DNA from: an uncultured beta proteobacterium
Lineage (GTDB): Bacteria; Pseudomonadota; Gammaproteobacteria; Burkholderiales; SHXO01
DNA: 64,000 nt
NCBI GenBank assembly: GCA_963747025.1
Contig: CAVVDJ010000002.1
Location: 19,376-83,375 of the forward strand
Direction: 5' to 3'
Of the stretch, positions 10,804 to 20,247 are shown piece after piece (the first letter of the stretch is position 1; each line of letters begins with the position of its first letter). The notes under the pieces were generated by a model that worked only from the letters and a program-made list of their open reading frames with translations, was not told the origin of the DNA and did not search any database. The translations under genes and the position numbers were made by a program.

Positions 10804-12234
10804 TCAGCCCCAGTGCTCGCCGACCTTGATGATCTTGAGCGTGTTGGTGCCGCCGGGCTGGCCGATGGGATCGCCAACCGTGAGCACGATGAGGTCTCCC
10901 GCTCGCACCGCGCCCGCCTCGACCAGCTTTTCCTCGGCCAAGCGCAGCAGCGTCTCGCGGTTGTCTCCCACGTACTGAAGCATGAGCGGGTAGACGTCGC
11001 GGAACAGGGACAGGCGGTAACGGGTGGACACCTCGGGCGTCAGCGCGTAGATCGGCACGCCGCAGTTGAGCCGCGACATCCACAGGGCGGTGGAGCCGGA
11101 CTGGGTGAGCGCCGCGATCGCCTTCACCTTCAGGTGGTAGGCGGTGAACAGCGCGCCCATGGCGATGGACTGGTCCACGCGCGTGAACACGCGATCCAGG
11201 AATTCGCGGTCCAGCGTCACCTCGCTGGATTTCTCCGCCTCGAGGCAGATACGGGCCATGGCCTCGACCGTCTCCACCGGATACTTCCCGCTCGCCGTTT
11301 CGGCCGAGAGCATCACCGCATCGGTGCCGTCCAGCACGGCGTTGGCCACGTCCGACACCTCCGCGCGCGTAGGCACGGGACTGGTGATCATGGACTCCAT
11401 CATCTGCGTAGCGGTGATGGTGAGCTTGTTGCGCTCGCGCGCCAGCCGGATCATGCGCTTCTGCATCGCGGGGACCGCCGCATCGCCCACCTCCACCGCG
11501 AGATCGCCGCGCGCCACCATGATGCCATCGGAAGCATCGATGATCTCCGCCAGCGCCGTGATCGCCTCGGCGCGCTCGATCTTGGCGATGAGCAGCGCCT
11601 GGCCGCCGGCCGCACGCATCAGCTCGCGCGCCATGTACATGTCGGCGCCACTCTTGGGGAAGGAAACCGCGAGAAAGTCCGCCTTCAGCTGCGTGGCGGT
11701 CTTGATGTCCTCCATGTCCTTGGCGGTCAGCGCCGGGGCGGTCAGCCCACCGCCCTGGCGATTGATCCCCTTGTTGTTGGACAGGTCGCCGCCGTGGCGC
11801 ACCACGGTGCGAATCTGGCTCCCCTGCACCTCGCGCACATCCAGCACGATGCGGCCATCGTCCAGCAGCAGCACATCTCCTGTCCTGACGTCGCGCGGGA
11901 GCTCTTTGTAATCCAGGCCAACGCGCTCCTGGTTTCCAATCCCGGAGTCGGCGTCGAGCACGAATGGGGCGCCCTTTTCCAACCGGATACGGCCGCTCTC
12001 GAACTGGCCGATGCGTATCTTCGGGCCTTGCAGGTCGACCATGACCCCCACGGTGCGTTCGAGCTCGCGCGATACCTCGCGCAGCAGCTCCGCGCGTTGG
12101 ATGTGATCCTCGCGCTGTCCGTGCGAGAAATTCATCCGCACGACGTCCACGCCGGCCGCAATCATCCGCTTGAGCACGTCGCGCTCGCTGCTTGCCGGAC
12201 CGAGGGTGGCTACGATCTTTGTGCTTCGTTGCAT
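10804..12234 (-). CDS. pyk: Pyruvate kinase
   Basis: Intact 476 aa. Motifs seen: [65 protein letters not shown]. Confidence 0.95.
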   Translation of the reverse strand: MQRSTKIVATLGPASSERDVLKRMIAAGVDVVRMNFSHGQREDHIQRAELLREVSRELERTVGVMVDLQGPKIRIGQFESGRIRLEKGAPFVLDADSGIGNQERVGLDYKELPRDVRTGDVLLLDDGRIVLDVREVQGSQIRTVVRHGGDLSNNKGINRQGGGLTAPALTAKDMEDIKTATQLKADFLAVSFPKSGADMYMARELMRAAGGQALLIAKIERAEAITALAEIIDASDGIMVARGDLAVEVGDAAVPAMQKRMIRLARERNKLTITATQMMESMITSPVPTRAEVSDVANAVLDGTDAVMLSAETASGKYPVETVEAMARICLEAEKSSEVTLDREFLDRVFTRVDQSIAMGALFTAYHLKVKAIAALTQSGSTALWMSRLNCGVPIYALTPEVSTRYRLSLFRDVYPLMLQYVGDNRETLLRLAEEKLVEAGAVRAGDLIVLTVGDPIGQPGGTNTLKIIKVGEHWG

Positions 12235-12238
12235 TCGT

Positions 12239-13426
12239 TCAAACGGCTTTGCCTGCGCCGCGCTGTTCGAGGATTTCCACCGCGGGGAGCTTCTTGCCCT
12301 CGAGGAACTCGAGGAAGGCGCCGCCCGCAGTGGATACGTAGCCGATCTTGTCGGTCACTCCGAACTTGGCCAAGGCGGCGACGGTCTCGCCCCCACCGGC
12401 CAACGAGAAGGCAGGCGAGGAGGCAATGGCCTGGGCGATGGCGCGCGTGCCCGCCGCGAACTGATCGTGCTCGAACACGCCCAGCGGTCCGTTCCAGACG
12501 ATGGTGCCGGCTTGCTTCAGCAGTTCGCTCAGGCGCGCGGCGGTCTTCGGCCCAATGTCCAGGATCAGATCGTCCGCGGCGATCTGCGATGCTTCCTTGG
12601 TCGTCGCGGCTGCCGTCGCGGACAACTCTTTCGCGACCACGACATCGGACCGGCAAGGGAACGTCACCGCCCTGTGCTTTGATCTGCGCCATGACTTTCT
12701 TCGCTTCGGCCACCAGGTCGGGCTCCGAGAGCGACTTGCCGATCGGCATTCCGGCGGCCAGCATGAAGGTGTTGGCGATCCCGCCGCCCACGATGAGCTG
12801 ATCCACTTTGCGCGCGAGCTCCGCGAGAATGGTGAGCTTGGTGGAAACCTTGGCGCCACCGACGATCGCCACCAACGGCCGTTTCGGCGTCTGCAGCGCT
12901 TTGCCGAGCGCTTCCAGCTCGCGGACAGCAGCGGGCCGGCACAGGCCACCGGCGCATACTTGGCTATGCCGTGGGTGGTGGCCTCGGCGCGATGGGCCGT
13001 GGCAAAGGCATCGTTCACGTAGATATCGCACAACGCCGCCATCTTGCGCGCGAGACCATCGTCATTCTTCTTCTCGCCCTTGTTGAAGCGGCAATTCTCC
13101 AACAAAACCGCCTTGCCCGGTTCTACACTCACCCCATCGAGCCAATCGCGCTTGAGCGGGACCTCGCTCCCCAGCAGCTCGGACAAACGCTTCGCGACCG
13201 GCGCCAGCGATTCCTTCTCGTCGAACTGGCCTTCGGTCGGGCGACCCAGGTGCGACACCAGCAGCAGCCGTGCGCCCTTGGACAGCGCGTACTTGATCCC
13301 CGGAAGCGAAGCCCGAATGCGCGTGTCGTCGCTGATAACGCCGTCTTGCAATGGAACGTTGAAGTCCTCGCGGATCAGCACGCGCTTGCCCGCGAGGTCG
13401 AGGTCGGTCATTTTGAGGATTGCCAT
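12239..13426 (-). CDS. pgk: Phosphoglycerate kinase; the ORF is uninterrupted but about 90 codons (about 12650-12920) are out of frame (compensating indel pair)
   Basis: [25 protein letters not shown]...LVSHLGRP...ENCRFNKGE...[10 protein letters not shown], then nonsense ([14 protein letters not shown]...). The expected [29 protein letters not shown]...GGGIANTF is encoded in a second frame (seen in ORF 12210..13031). The original frame resumes at DVVVAKE...WNGPLGVFE...[14 protein letters not shown]. Confidence 0.9.
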   Translation of the reverse strand: MAILKMTDLDLAGKRVLIREDFNVPLQDGVISDDTRIRASLPGIKYALSKGARLLLVSHLGRPTEGQFDEKESLAPVAKRLSELLGSEVPLKRDWLDGVSVEPGKAVLLENCRFNKGEKKNDDGLARKMAALCDIYVNDAFATAHRAEATTHGIAKYAPVACAGPLLSASWKRSAKRCRRRNGRWWRSSVAPRFPPSSPFSRSSRAKWISSSWAAGSPTPSCWPPECRSASRSRSPTWWPKRRKSWRRSKHRAVTFPCRSDVVVAKELSATAAATTKEASQIAADDLILDIGPKTAARLSELLKQAGTIVWNGPLGVFEHDQFAAGTRAIAQAIASSPAFSLAGGGETVAALAKFGVTDKIGYVSTAGGAFLEFLEGKKLPAVEILEQRGAGKAV

Positions 13427-13434
13427 GGAAGTAC

Positions 13435-13476
13435 CGTGATTCGTGGTTCGTGATTCATGGTTCGTGATTCGTCATT
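13435..13476. repeat. 14-nt tandem repeat x3 (CGTGATTCGTGGTT / CGTGATTCATGGTT / CGTGATTCGTCATT), beginning 9 nt from the pgk start codon
   Basis: Read directly from the sequence. An 11-bp inverted repeat, TCGTGGTTCGT (13441-13451) / ACGAACCACGA (13496-13506), encloses most of it. Confidence 0.8.
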
Positions 13477-13532
13477 CGAGGCTTGACTACGAGCTACGAA
13501 CCACGAGCCACGTGTACGCAGTGCGTGGCTCA

Positions 13533-13605
13533 TTGTGGCTCCGGCCGGGCGCCGAAGGCGCCCTTAACATCGCGAGCGATGTTAGCCTCGCCGCAACGAA
13601 TGGGG
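13533..13605. repeat. REP-like double-hairpin element, copy 1
   Basis: TTGTGGCTCCGGCCGGGCGCCGAAGGCGCCCTTAACATCGCGAGCGATGTTAGCC... contains the hairpins GGGCGCC-GAA-GGCGCCC and TAACATCGC-GA-GCGATGTTA. It is about 93% identical to copy 2. Confidence 0.75.
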
Positions 13606-13620
13606 TGCCTTCGTTACCGT

Positions 13621-13671
13621 CTACTTGGCATTCATCAACGCCACTGTCGTATCCAGCATCCTGTTGAACGC
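13621..13671 (-). pseudogene. 51-nt relic of a second gap 3' end ([16 protein letters not shown])
   Basis: Reverse-strand translation gives [14 protein letters not shown], identical to the last 14 residues of the intact gap gene (13767-). About 10 of 45 nucleotides differ, all of them synonymous in the 14 sense codons. Homology stops at the flanking repeat. Confidence 0.7.
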
Positions 13672-13678
13672 TTGCGCG

Positions 13679-13752
13679 TTGTGGCTCCGGCCGGGCGCCA
13701 GAGGCGCCCTTAACATCGCAAGCGATGTTAGCCTTCGCCGCAACGAGTGGGG
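13679..13752. repeat. REP-like double-hairpin element, copy 2
   Basis: TTGTGGCTCCGGCCGGGCGCCAGAGGCGCCCTTAACATCGCAAGCGATGTTAGCC... Same two hairpins as copy 1, with the changes confined to loops or flanks. It lies directly downstream of the gap stop codon. Confidence 0.75.
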
Positions 13753-13766
13753 CCAAGCTGCTGTCG

Positions 13767-14780
13767 TCACTTTGCGTTCATCAGAGCGACTGTTGTATCC
13801 AGCATACGGTTCGAGAAGCCCCATTCGTTGTCATACCAGGCTGAGACTTTGACCAAGGTCGCCTCGGATACTTTGGTCAGCGTCGCGTCGAAGGTGCTCG
13901 AGTGCGGGTCATGGTTGAAATCCATCGACACCAGCGGCGCCGTATTGTAGGCGAGGATACCTTTCAGCTCGCCTTCAGAGGCGGCTTTCAAGACCGCGTT
14001 CACCTCATCGACGGACGTTGGACGCTTGGCGATGAAGCTCAAATCCACCAGCGACACGTTGATGGTCGGCACCCGGATGGCATAGCCGTCCAGCTTGCCC
14101 GCGAGCTCGGGCAACACGAGGCCGACCGCTGCCGCGGCTCCGGTCTTGGTCGGGATCTGCGACTGGGTGGCAGACCGCGCCCGGCGCAGATCCTCGTGGT
14201 ACACGTCGATCAGGACCTGGTCGTTGGTATAGGCGTGGATGGTGGTCATCAGTCCGCACACCACGCCGATCTTGTCGTGCAGCGGCTTGACCAGCGGGGC
14301 GAGGCAGTTGGTGGTGCAAGAGGCGTTGGAGATGACGGTGTGGGTGCTCTTGAGCACGTTGTGGTTCACGCCGTACACGATCGTGGCATCGACATCTTTG
14401 CCGCCGGGCGCGGAGATGATGACTTTCTTGGCGCCGCCTTTCAGGTGTGCCGAGGCCCTCTCTTTGCTGGTGAACAAGCCTGTGCACTCGAGGACGACGT
14501 CCACGCCCAGGTCCTTCCACGGCAACTGGGACGGATCGCGCTGGGCCAGCACCTTGATGCGATCACCGTTGACGACCATGGCATCGCCTTCGACCACCAC
14601 GGTCCCCTTGAACTTCCCATGCACCGTATCGTAGCGCGTGAGATGCGCATTAGTCTCTGGACTGCCCAAATCGTTCACAGCCACGATCTGGATGTCCTTG
14701 TTGCGCCCGGATTCGTAAAGGGCGCGCAGTATGTTGCGGCCAATACGGCCATAGCCGTTGATGGCGACGCGGATCGTCAT
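13767..14780 (-). CDS. gap: Glyceraldehyde-3-phosphate dehydrogenase, type I
   Basis: Intact 337 aa. Motifs seen: [12 protein letters not shown], active site [26 protein letters not shown]. Confidence 0.95.
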   Translation of the reverse strand: MTIRVAINGYGRIGRNILRALYESGRNKDIQIVAVNDLGSPETNAHLTRYDTVHGKFKGTVVVEGDAMVVNGDRIKVLAQRDPSQLPWKDLGVDVVLECTGLFTSKERASAHLKGGAKKVIISAPGGKDVDATIVYGVNHNVLKSTHTVISNASCTTNCLAPLVKPLHDKIGVVCGLMTTIHAYTNDQVLIDVYHEDLRRARSATQSQIPTKTGAAAAVGLVLPELAGKLDGYAIRVPTINVSLVDLSFIAKRPTSVDEVNAVLKAASEGELKGILAYNTAPLVSMDFNHDPHSSTFDATLTKVSEATLVKVSAWYDNEWGFSNRMLDTTVALMNAK

Positions 14781-14980
14781 GGAAGCTGCTCCGGAAGAGT
14801 TGAGGAAAGCGAGGGCGTAAGCGCGATTCTACTCCAGGCGCAAGCGCCCGCGCGTCATTGCCTGGGAAGCTCGCTAGAGCCCCTAAGCCTTGGCTTCGTA
14901 TAGTAGGCCTCGCGCCCGCGTCGGAGCCGACGCGAGACGAAATCAAACAGCATCAAAACTACCCTCCTGGAGGAGAACTC

Positions 14981-16231
14981 ATGAAACGATCCCTGGTCGC
15001 GATCGCCCTAGGCGCGATCGCTATGGCGCCATGCGCGCCCGTGTATGCCGGCGAAGTCGAGGTTCTGCACTGGTGGACTTCGGGCGGCGAAGCCAAATCG
15101 GTGGCCGAGCTCAAAAAGGAGCTCGAAGCCAAGGGCGACACCTGGAAGGACTTCGCCGTGGCCGGCGGCGGCGGTGAGACCGCCATGACCGTGCTCAAGT
15201 CGCGCGTGGTGTCCGGCCAACCGCCCACCGCCGCGCAGGTGAAAGGGCCTGGAATCCAGGAGTGGGCTGCTGAGGGCGTGTTCGCCAACCTGGACGACGT
15301 CGCCAAGGCCGGCAACTGGAATTCTCTGCTTCCGCCGGTGGTCAGCGATGTAATGAAGTACCAGGGCCACTACGTCGCCGTGCCGGTGAACGTGCACCGC
15401 GTGAACTGGATGTGGGCCAATCCCGAGGTATTCAAGAAGGCGGGCGCCAAGATCCCGACCAACTGGGACGAGTTCGCGGTAGCTGCGGACAAGATCCAGA
15501 AGGCCGGCTTAATCGCGGTGGCACACGGTGGACAACCGTGGCAGGACGCCACTTTGTTCGAGTCGATCTCGCTAGGCGTGGGCGGGGCCGAGTGGTACCA
15601 CAAGGCGTTTGTGGCACTGGATCCCAAGGCGCTGAACAGCCCGACGATGGAGAAATCCTTCGCTACGCTGCGCATGGTCCAGAAGTACATCGACAAGGAC
15701 GCCGCCAACCGCGATTGGAACCTGGCCACCGCCATGGTGATCAACGGCAAGGCCGGCATGCAATTCATGGGCGACTGGGCTAAGGGCGAGTTCACGGCGG
15801 CCGGCAAGGTCGCGGGCAAGGACTACATCTGCGCACCCGCCCCGGGTAACAAGGGCGCCTACACCTTCAACATCGACAGCTTCATCATGTTCCAGCAGAA
15901 GGATGCGAGCAAACAAAAAGCGCAGAAAGACCTTGCCTCCGCCATCATGGACGTCCATTTCCAAGAGGTCTTCAACTTGAACAAGGGATCGATTCCGGTG
16001 CGCCTGGGCATGAACCTGGACAAGTTCGACCAGTGCGCCAAGGACTCGGCCGCGGAGTTCGTCGCCTCATCCAAGACCGGTGCGCTGGTTCCGAGCTGGG
16101 CACATGAAATGGCCATGCCGCCCGCCAACAAGGGCGCCATGTTCGACGTCGTCACGGCGTTCATGAACACCCCGAGCATGACCCCGAAGCAGGCGGCCGA
16201 GAAAATGGCTGTCGCCGGCAAGAAGAGCTAG
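14981..16231 (+). CDS. Sugar (glucose/mannose-type) ABC transporter periplasmic binding protein
   Basis: ATG 14981 is preceded by GGAGGAG. Signal peptide MKRSLVAIALGAIAMAPCAPVYA, then EVLHWWTSGGE...VPVNVHRVNWMWANPEVFKKAG...MQFMGDWAKGEF. It is followed by two permeases and an ATPase, and is adjacent to glk. Confidence 0.85.
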   Translation: MKRSLVAIALGAIAMAPCAPVYAGEVEVLHWWTSGGEAKSVAELKKELEAKGDTWKDFAVAGGGGETAMTVLKSRVVSGQPPTAAQVKGPGIQEWAAEGVFANLDDVAKAGNWNSLLPPVVSDVMKYQGHYVAVPVNVHRVNWMWANPEVFKKAGAKIPTNWDEFAVAADKIQKAGLIAVAHGGQPWQDATLFESISLGVGGAEWYHKAFVALDPKALNSPTMEKSFATLRMVQKYIDKDAANRDWNLATAMVINGKAGMQFMGDWAKGEFTAAGKVAGKDYICAPAPGNKGAYTFNIDSFIMFQQKDASKQKAQKDLASAIMDVHFQEVFNLNKGSIPVRLGMNLDKFDQCAKDSAAEFVASSKTGALVPSWAHEMAMPPANKGAMFDVVTAFMNTPSMTPKQAAEKMAVAGKKS

Positions 16232-16240
16232 AACAAGAGA

Positions 16241-16267
16241 CCGGCAGGGCCACGCGGGCCCTGCCGG
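16241..16267 (+). other. Intercistronic GC-rich stem-loop (11-bp perfect stem) between the binding-protein and permease genes
   Basis: CCGGCAGGGCC-ACGCG-GGCCCTGCCGG, read directly. There is no U-tract, so it looks like an mRNA-stabilising or attenuating hairpin rather than a full terminator. Confidence 0.5.
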
Positions 16268-16296
16268 GCTGTGCGATTCACCAAGACGGGAGGCGC

Positions 16297-17226
16297 GTGA
16301 ATCCCCCTCCGGTGGCGGCCGGCGCGGCGCTCGTGCGGCCGCGCAAGGGCTTCGCCGATTACTTCGAGACCGCGTTGCCGAAGATCGTGCTCGGCCCGAC
16401 GCTGTTGTGCGCGCTCATCTTCGTCTACGGCTTCATCCTCTGGACCGCCTGGCTGTCCTTCACCGAATCGCGCCTGCTGCCGCGCTACGAGTTCGCAGGG
16501 CTGGTGCAATACGTCACGCTGTTCGCGAACGAACGCTGGTGGACGGCGCTCAGGAACCTGGGCATCTTCGGCAGTCTGTTCATCGTGCTGTGCCTCGCTA
16601 CCGGCCTGCTGCTGGCCATCCTGCTGGATCAGCGCATCCGGGCGGAAGGCTTCCTGCGCGCTGTCTACCTCTACCCGATGGCGTTGTCTTTCATCGTCAC
16701 CGGGACGGCCTGGCGCTGGATCCTCAATCCCGGGCTCGGCTTCGAGCATCTGGTCCGGCAGCTCGGCTTCGAGCACTTCACTTTCGACTGGATCGTGACC
16801 CCTGGAATGTCCATCTACACGGTGGTGATCGCGGGCGCGTGGCAGTCGACGGGCTTCGTGATGGCGCTGTTCCTGGCGGGATTGCGCGGCATCGACGATT
16901 CCATCATCAAGGCCGCCCAGGTGGACGGAGCCGGTCCGGTTCGGATTTACACCAGCATCATCATCCCGTCGCTGCGGCCGGTCTTCTTCAGCGCGCTGAT
17001 CATTCTCGGCCACATCGCGATCAAGAGCTTCGACCTGGTCATGGCGCTGACCGGAGGCGGACCGGGCTTTTCGTCCGATCTCCCGGCCACCTTCATGTAT
17101 ACCTTCGCATTCAACCGCAACCAGATCGGACTGGGGGCGGCCAGCGCGATGATGATGCTGGTGACCATCGTCGCGGTCATCGTGCCCATGATGTATTCGG
17201 AGACGCGCAGGCAGCGCCATGGCTGA
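16297..17226 (+). CDS. Sugar ABC transporter permease (MalF/UgpA-type)
   Basis: Intact 309 aa, six hydrophobic segments. EAA-loop region: IIKAAQVDGAGPVRIYTSIIIPSLRP. Confidence 0.88.
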   Translation: MNPPPVAAGAALVRPRKGFADYFETALPKIVLGPTLLCALIFVYGFILWTAWLSFTESRLLPRYEFAGLVQYVTLFANERWWTALRNLGIFGSLFIVLCLATGLLLAILLDQRIRAEGFLRAVYLYPMALSFIVTGTAWRWILNPGLGFEHLVRQLGFEHFTFDWIVTPGMSIYTVVIAGAWQSTGFVMALFLAGLRGIDDSIIKAAQVDGAGPVRIYTSIIIPSLRPVFFSALIILGHIAIKSFDLVMALTGGGPGFSSDLPATFMYTFAFNRNQIGLGAASAMMMLVTIVAVIVPMMYSETRRQRHG

Positions 17227-18100
17227 ACCCTATCGCACCCAGACCGCCGGCTCTCAGCTCATCGGGCGGACTGTGATCTATGCGCTGCTCATACTGTTCG
17301 CGCTGTACTACCTCATGCCGCTGTTCGTGATGGTGACGACCTCGCTCAAGACACTGGACGACATCCGCGGCGGCAATCTGGTGGCGCTTCCGCGTGAGAT
17401 CAGTTTCGACGCGTGGGCGAAAGCCTGGGGAGCCGCCTGCACCGGTGTCTTCTGCGGAGGGCTCAAGGGCAACTTCATGAACTCGGTGAACTTCGTCGTT
17501 CCCGCCGTGATCATCTCGACCCTGGTGGGCGCGTTCAACGGCTATGTGCTCACCATGTGGCGGTTCAAGGGCAGCGATGTGTTGTTCACGTTGCTCCTCA
17601 TCGGTTGCTTCATTCCATTTCAAGTGGTGCTGCTGCCGATGGCGCAGACTCTGGGCTGGTTAGGAATCGCCAACTCCATCCCCGGGCTGATCTTCGTGCA
17701 TGTGGTGTACGGTCTGGCCTTCACCACGCTGTTCTTCCGCAACTTCTACGTGACCGTGCCCGCCGAGCTCACCAAGGCCGCACGCATCGATGGCGCCGGT
17801 TTCTTCACCATCTTCTGGCGCATCATCCTGCCGTTGTCGCCTCCCATCATCGTGGTATGCGTGATCTGGCAGTTCACCCAGATCTGGAACGATTTTCTGT
17901 TCGGAGTCGTGTTTTCCTCCGGGCAGCGGCAGCCGATCACGGTGGCGCTGAACAACCTCGTGAACACGAGCACCGGCGTCAAGGAGTACAACGTCGACAT
18001 GGCGGCAGCGATCATCGCTGCGCTGCCGACGCTGTTCGTATACGTGGTGGCGGGCAAGTATTTCCTGCGCGGCCTCACGGCAGGCGCGGTCAAGGGTTGA
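17219..18100 (+). CDS. Sugar ABC transporter permease (MalG/UgpE-type)
   Basis: Intact 293 aa, overlapping the previous gene by 8 nt. EAA loop: [26 protein letters not shown]. Confidence 0.88.
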   Translation: MAEPYRTQTAGSQLIGRTVIYALLILFALYYLMPLFVMVTTSLKTLDDIRGGNLVALPREISFDAWAKAWGAACTGVFCGGLKGNFMNSVNFVVPAVIISTLVGAFNGYVLTMWRFKGSDVLFTLLLIGCFIPFQVVLLPMAQTLGWLGIANSIPGLIFVHVVYGLAFTTLFFRNFYVTVPAELTKAARIDGAGFFTIFWRIILPLSPPIIVVCVIWQFTQIWNDFLFGVVFSSGQRQPITVALNNLVNTSTGVKEYNVDMAAAIIAALPTLFVYVVAGKYFLRGLTAGAVKG

Positions 18101-18111
18101 GGACATCAGCC

Positions 18112-19229
18112 ATGGGCTCGCTCTCCATTCGTAACGTCGTCAAGCGCTTCGGCCCGGTGCAGGTCTTGAAAGGGATCAACATCGAGGCGCAGGACGGCGA
18201 GTTTCTGATTCTCGTGGGCCCCTCGGGCTGCGGCAAATCGACCCTGCTCAACATGATCGCCGGACTCGACACGATCACCAGCGGGGAAATCGCCATCGGC
18301 GGGCGGATCGTCAACGACCTCTCGCCCAAGGATCGCGATATCGCGATGGTGTTCCAGTCCTACGCGCTGTATCCGAACATGTCCGTGCGCAACAACATTT
18401 CCTTCGGGCTGAAGATTCGCAAGGTGCCCAAGGAGAAGCAGGACGAAATCGTCGCCGGCGTCGCGAAGACGCTGCAGATGGAACCTCTGCTCGAGCGCAT
18501 GCCCTCGCAGCTGTCCGGAGGACAAAGGCAGCGCGTGGCGATGGGGCGGGCACTGGCGCGCGACCCGATGCTGTTCCTGTTCGATGAGCCGTTGTCCAAC
18601 CTGGACGCCAAGCTGCGCGTCGAAATGCGCACCGAGATCAAACTGCTGCACGAGCGACTCAAGGCGACGATCGTCTACGTCACGCACGACCAGATCGAGG
18701 CCATGACGCTGGGCGACCGCATCGCGGTGATGAAGGACGGCGAGGTGCGCCAGCTTGCCAGCCCGCAGGAGGTCTATGACAATCCGGCGGATCTGTTCGT
18801 GGCCAGCTTCATCGGCTCGCCTTCGATGAATTTCATCCGCTGCCCGGTCGTGGCCGCAGAGCGGTACGGTTGGCGTGCAGCTGCACGAGGGCGCCGAGAC
18901 GTTTGTCATGCCGGCGCCCGGGCGCAGGGCAGCAGGCCTTGCGCGGTTGGGTCGGCAAAGACGTGATCATGGGCATCCGGCCGGAGCAGATCACGGACAG
19001 ATCGCCGTGGAGCGGCGAGAACCCGCACGTGGTGTCGCGCTCGGCCAAGATCGGGGTCGTCCAGCCGACCGGCCCCGACACGCTGGTGCTCATCCACCTG
19101 AACGGGACGCCGGTGACGTGTCGCGTGCATCCCGAGGCAGCGCCGCATCCCGGCCAAAGCATGAGCCTGATGTTCGACCTGTCGAAGCTGGTCTTCTTCG
19201 ACCCGAAGAGCGAGAAGCGGATCTCCTGA
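18112..19229 (+). CDS. Sugar ABC transporter ATP-binding protein (MalK/UgpC-type); 2 frameshifts as sequenced
   Basis: Walker [11 protein letters not shown]-loop VFQSYALYP, signature [15 protein letters not shown], Walker [13 protein letters not shown]. The C-terminal regulatory domain is split: ...[14 protein letters not shown] | [17 protein letters not shown] | [23 protein letters not shown]...[13 protein letters not shown]. Switches lie near 18868 and 18920. Confidence 0.85.
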
Positions 19230-19247
19230 GTCAGGCGTACGCCCGCC

Positions 19248-20238
19248 TCAGGCGGTCGTGAACCCCGACTCGAGCGCAGACGCTAATCCGCGCAGAGCAG
19301 GGTTCTCCGCCAGGATGATCCAGACCGGAACCTGGGAGACGTAGCTGGAGAAGCGCCCTTTCTGCTCGAAGCGCGCGCGGAACGAGCGAGTGCAGGAAGT
19401 AGTCTCCCAGACGCGGCACGATGCCGCCGCCGATGTACACCCCGCCGCGCGCGCCTAGCGTAACCACCAGGTTGGCTGCCGCGGTACCGAGCACGCCGCA
19501 GAACATGCGCAGCGCCTCGGCGCACTGCGGATCGGATGCGTTCAATCCGGCGTCGGCCACCTGCTCCGGTTTGAGCGCTTTGACCGGCCTGCATGGTCCA
19601 GCACGCATAGCGCCTCGTAGGTCGCCACCAGCCCGGGCCCGCTCGCCAGCCGCTCGGTGGAGACGTGCCCGAAGCGCCCGCGCAATACTCCGAGCACGCC
19701 ATCCTCGCGCTCGTCCATGGGACTGAACGCGGTGTGGCCGCCTTCGCCCTGGATCGGTACCCAGTGCTCGCCGCACGGAATCAGAGCCGAAACGCCGAGG
19801 CCGGTGCCGGCGCCGATCAGTGCAATGGGCGCGCCTTTCAAGGCCGTTGCCGCCACCCACGGGACGTAACTCGTCGGGCTGCAGCAGCGGCAACGAGAGC
19901 GCCAATGCGGTGAAGTCATTGATCACCAGCAGGCGCGTCAAACCCAGCGCGCGACGCGTCTGCTCGATCGAGAAGACCCAGGGACTATTGGTGAGCTTCA
20001 CGACATCGCCGGTGACTGCGGTGGCAACGTCGACAGCCGCTTCGCTCAACGTACGCAGTCCTTCAGCGTCAAGGTAGTGCCGCGCGGCCTGTTCCAGACC
20101 GGGAAAGTCGCTGCACAACAGGCTTTTCTCTCGTTGCGGACGTTTGGAGCCTGCCGGCACCAGAGCGAAACGCACGTTGGTGCCGCCGATGTCGGCGATC
20201 AGCCGCATGGCGGTCTTGGCTTGCGGGTCGTCGCTCAT
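19248..20238 (-). pseudogene. glk: Glucokinase; about 3 frameshifts as sequenced
   Basis: [15 protein letters not shown]...VKLTNSPWVFS...LLVINDFTALALSLPLL...RPVGGG | ALKGAPIALIGAGTGLGVSALIP...GEGGHTAFSP...VSTERLASGPGL | PVKALKPEQV...GGVYIGGGIVPRLGDYFLHS | FRARFEQKGRFSSYVSQVPVWIILAENPAL. Switches lie near 19855, 19583 and 19385. Confidence 0.85.
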
Positions 20239-20247
20239 GGCCGCACC

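Noticed and set aside
10735-12801. Very long ORFs antisense to, or out of frame with, conserved genes. Examples: 688 aa at 10735..12801 opposite pyk and pgk, 414 aa at 31566..32810 opposite topA, 389 aa at 47713..48882 opposite atpB, 330 aa at 16228..17220, 333 aa at 13902..14903, 336 aa at 49836..50846, 310 aa at 5006..5938.
   Set aside because: They are typical shadow ORFs of a GC-rich genome. They give Arg/Ala/Gly/Pro-rich low-complexity translations with no recognisable motifs, and each is fully covered by a well-conserved gene on the other strand or frame.
13435-13766. Possible CRISPR array or mobile element in the repeat-rich gap-pgk spacer.
   Set aside because: There are only two copies of the 74-nt element and three 14-nt units. 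There is no regular repeat-spacer architecture, and no cas, transposase or terminal inverted repeats with target duplication. REP-like repeats plus a gene relic explain it better.
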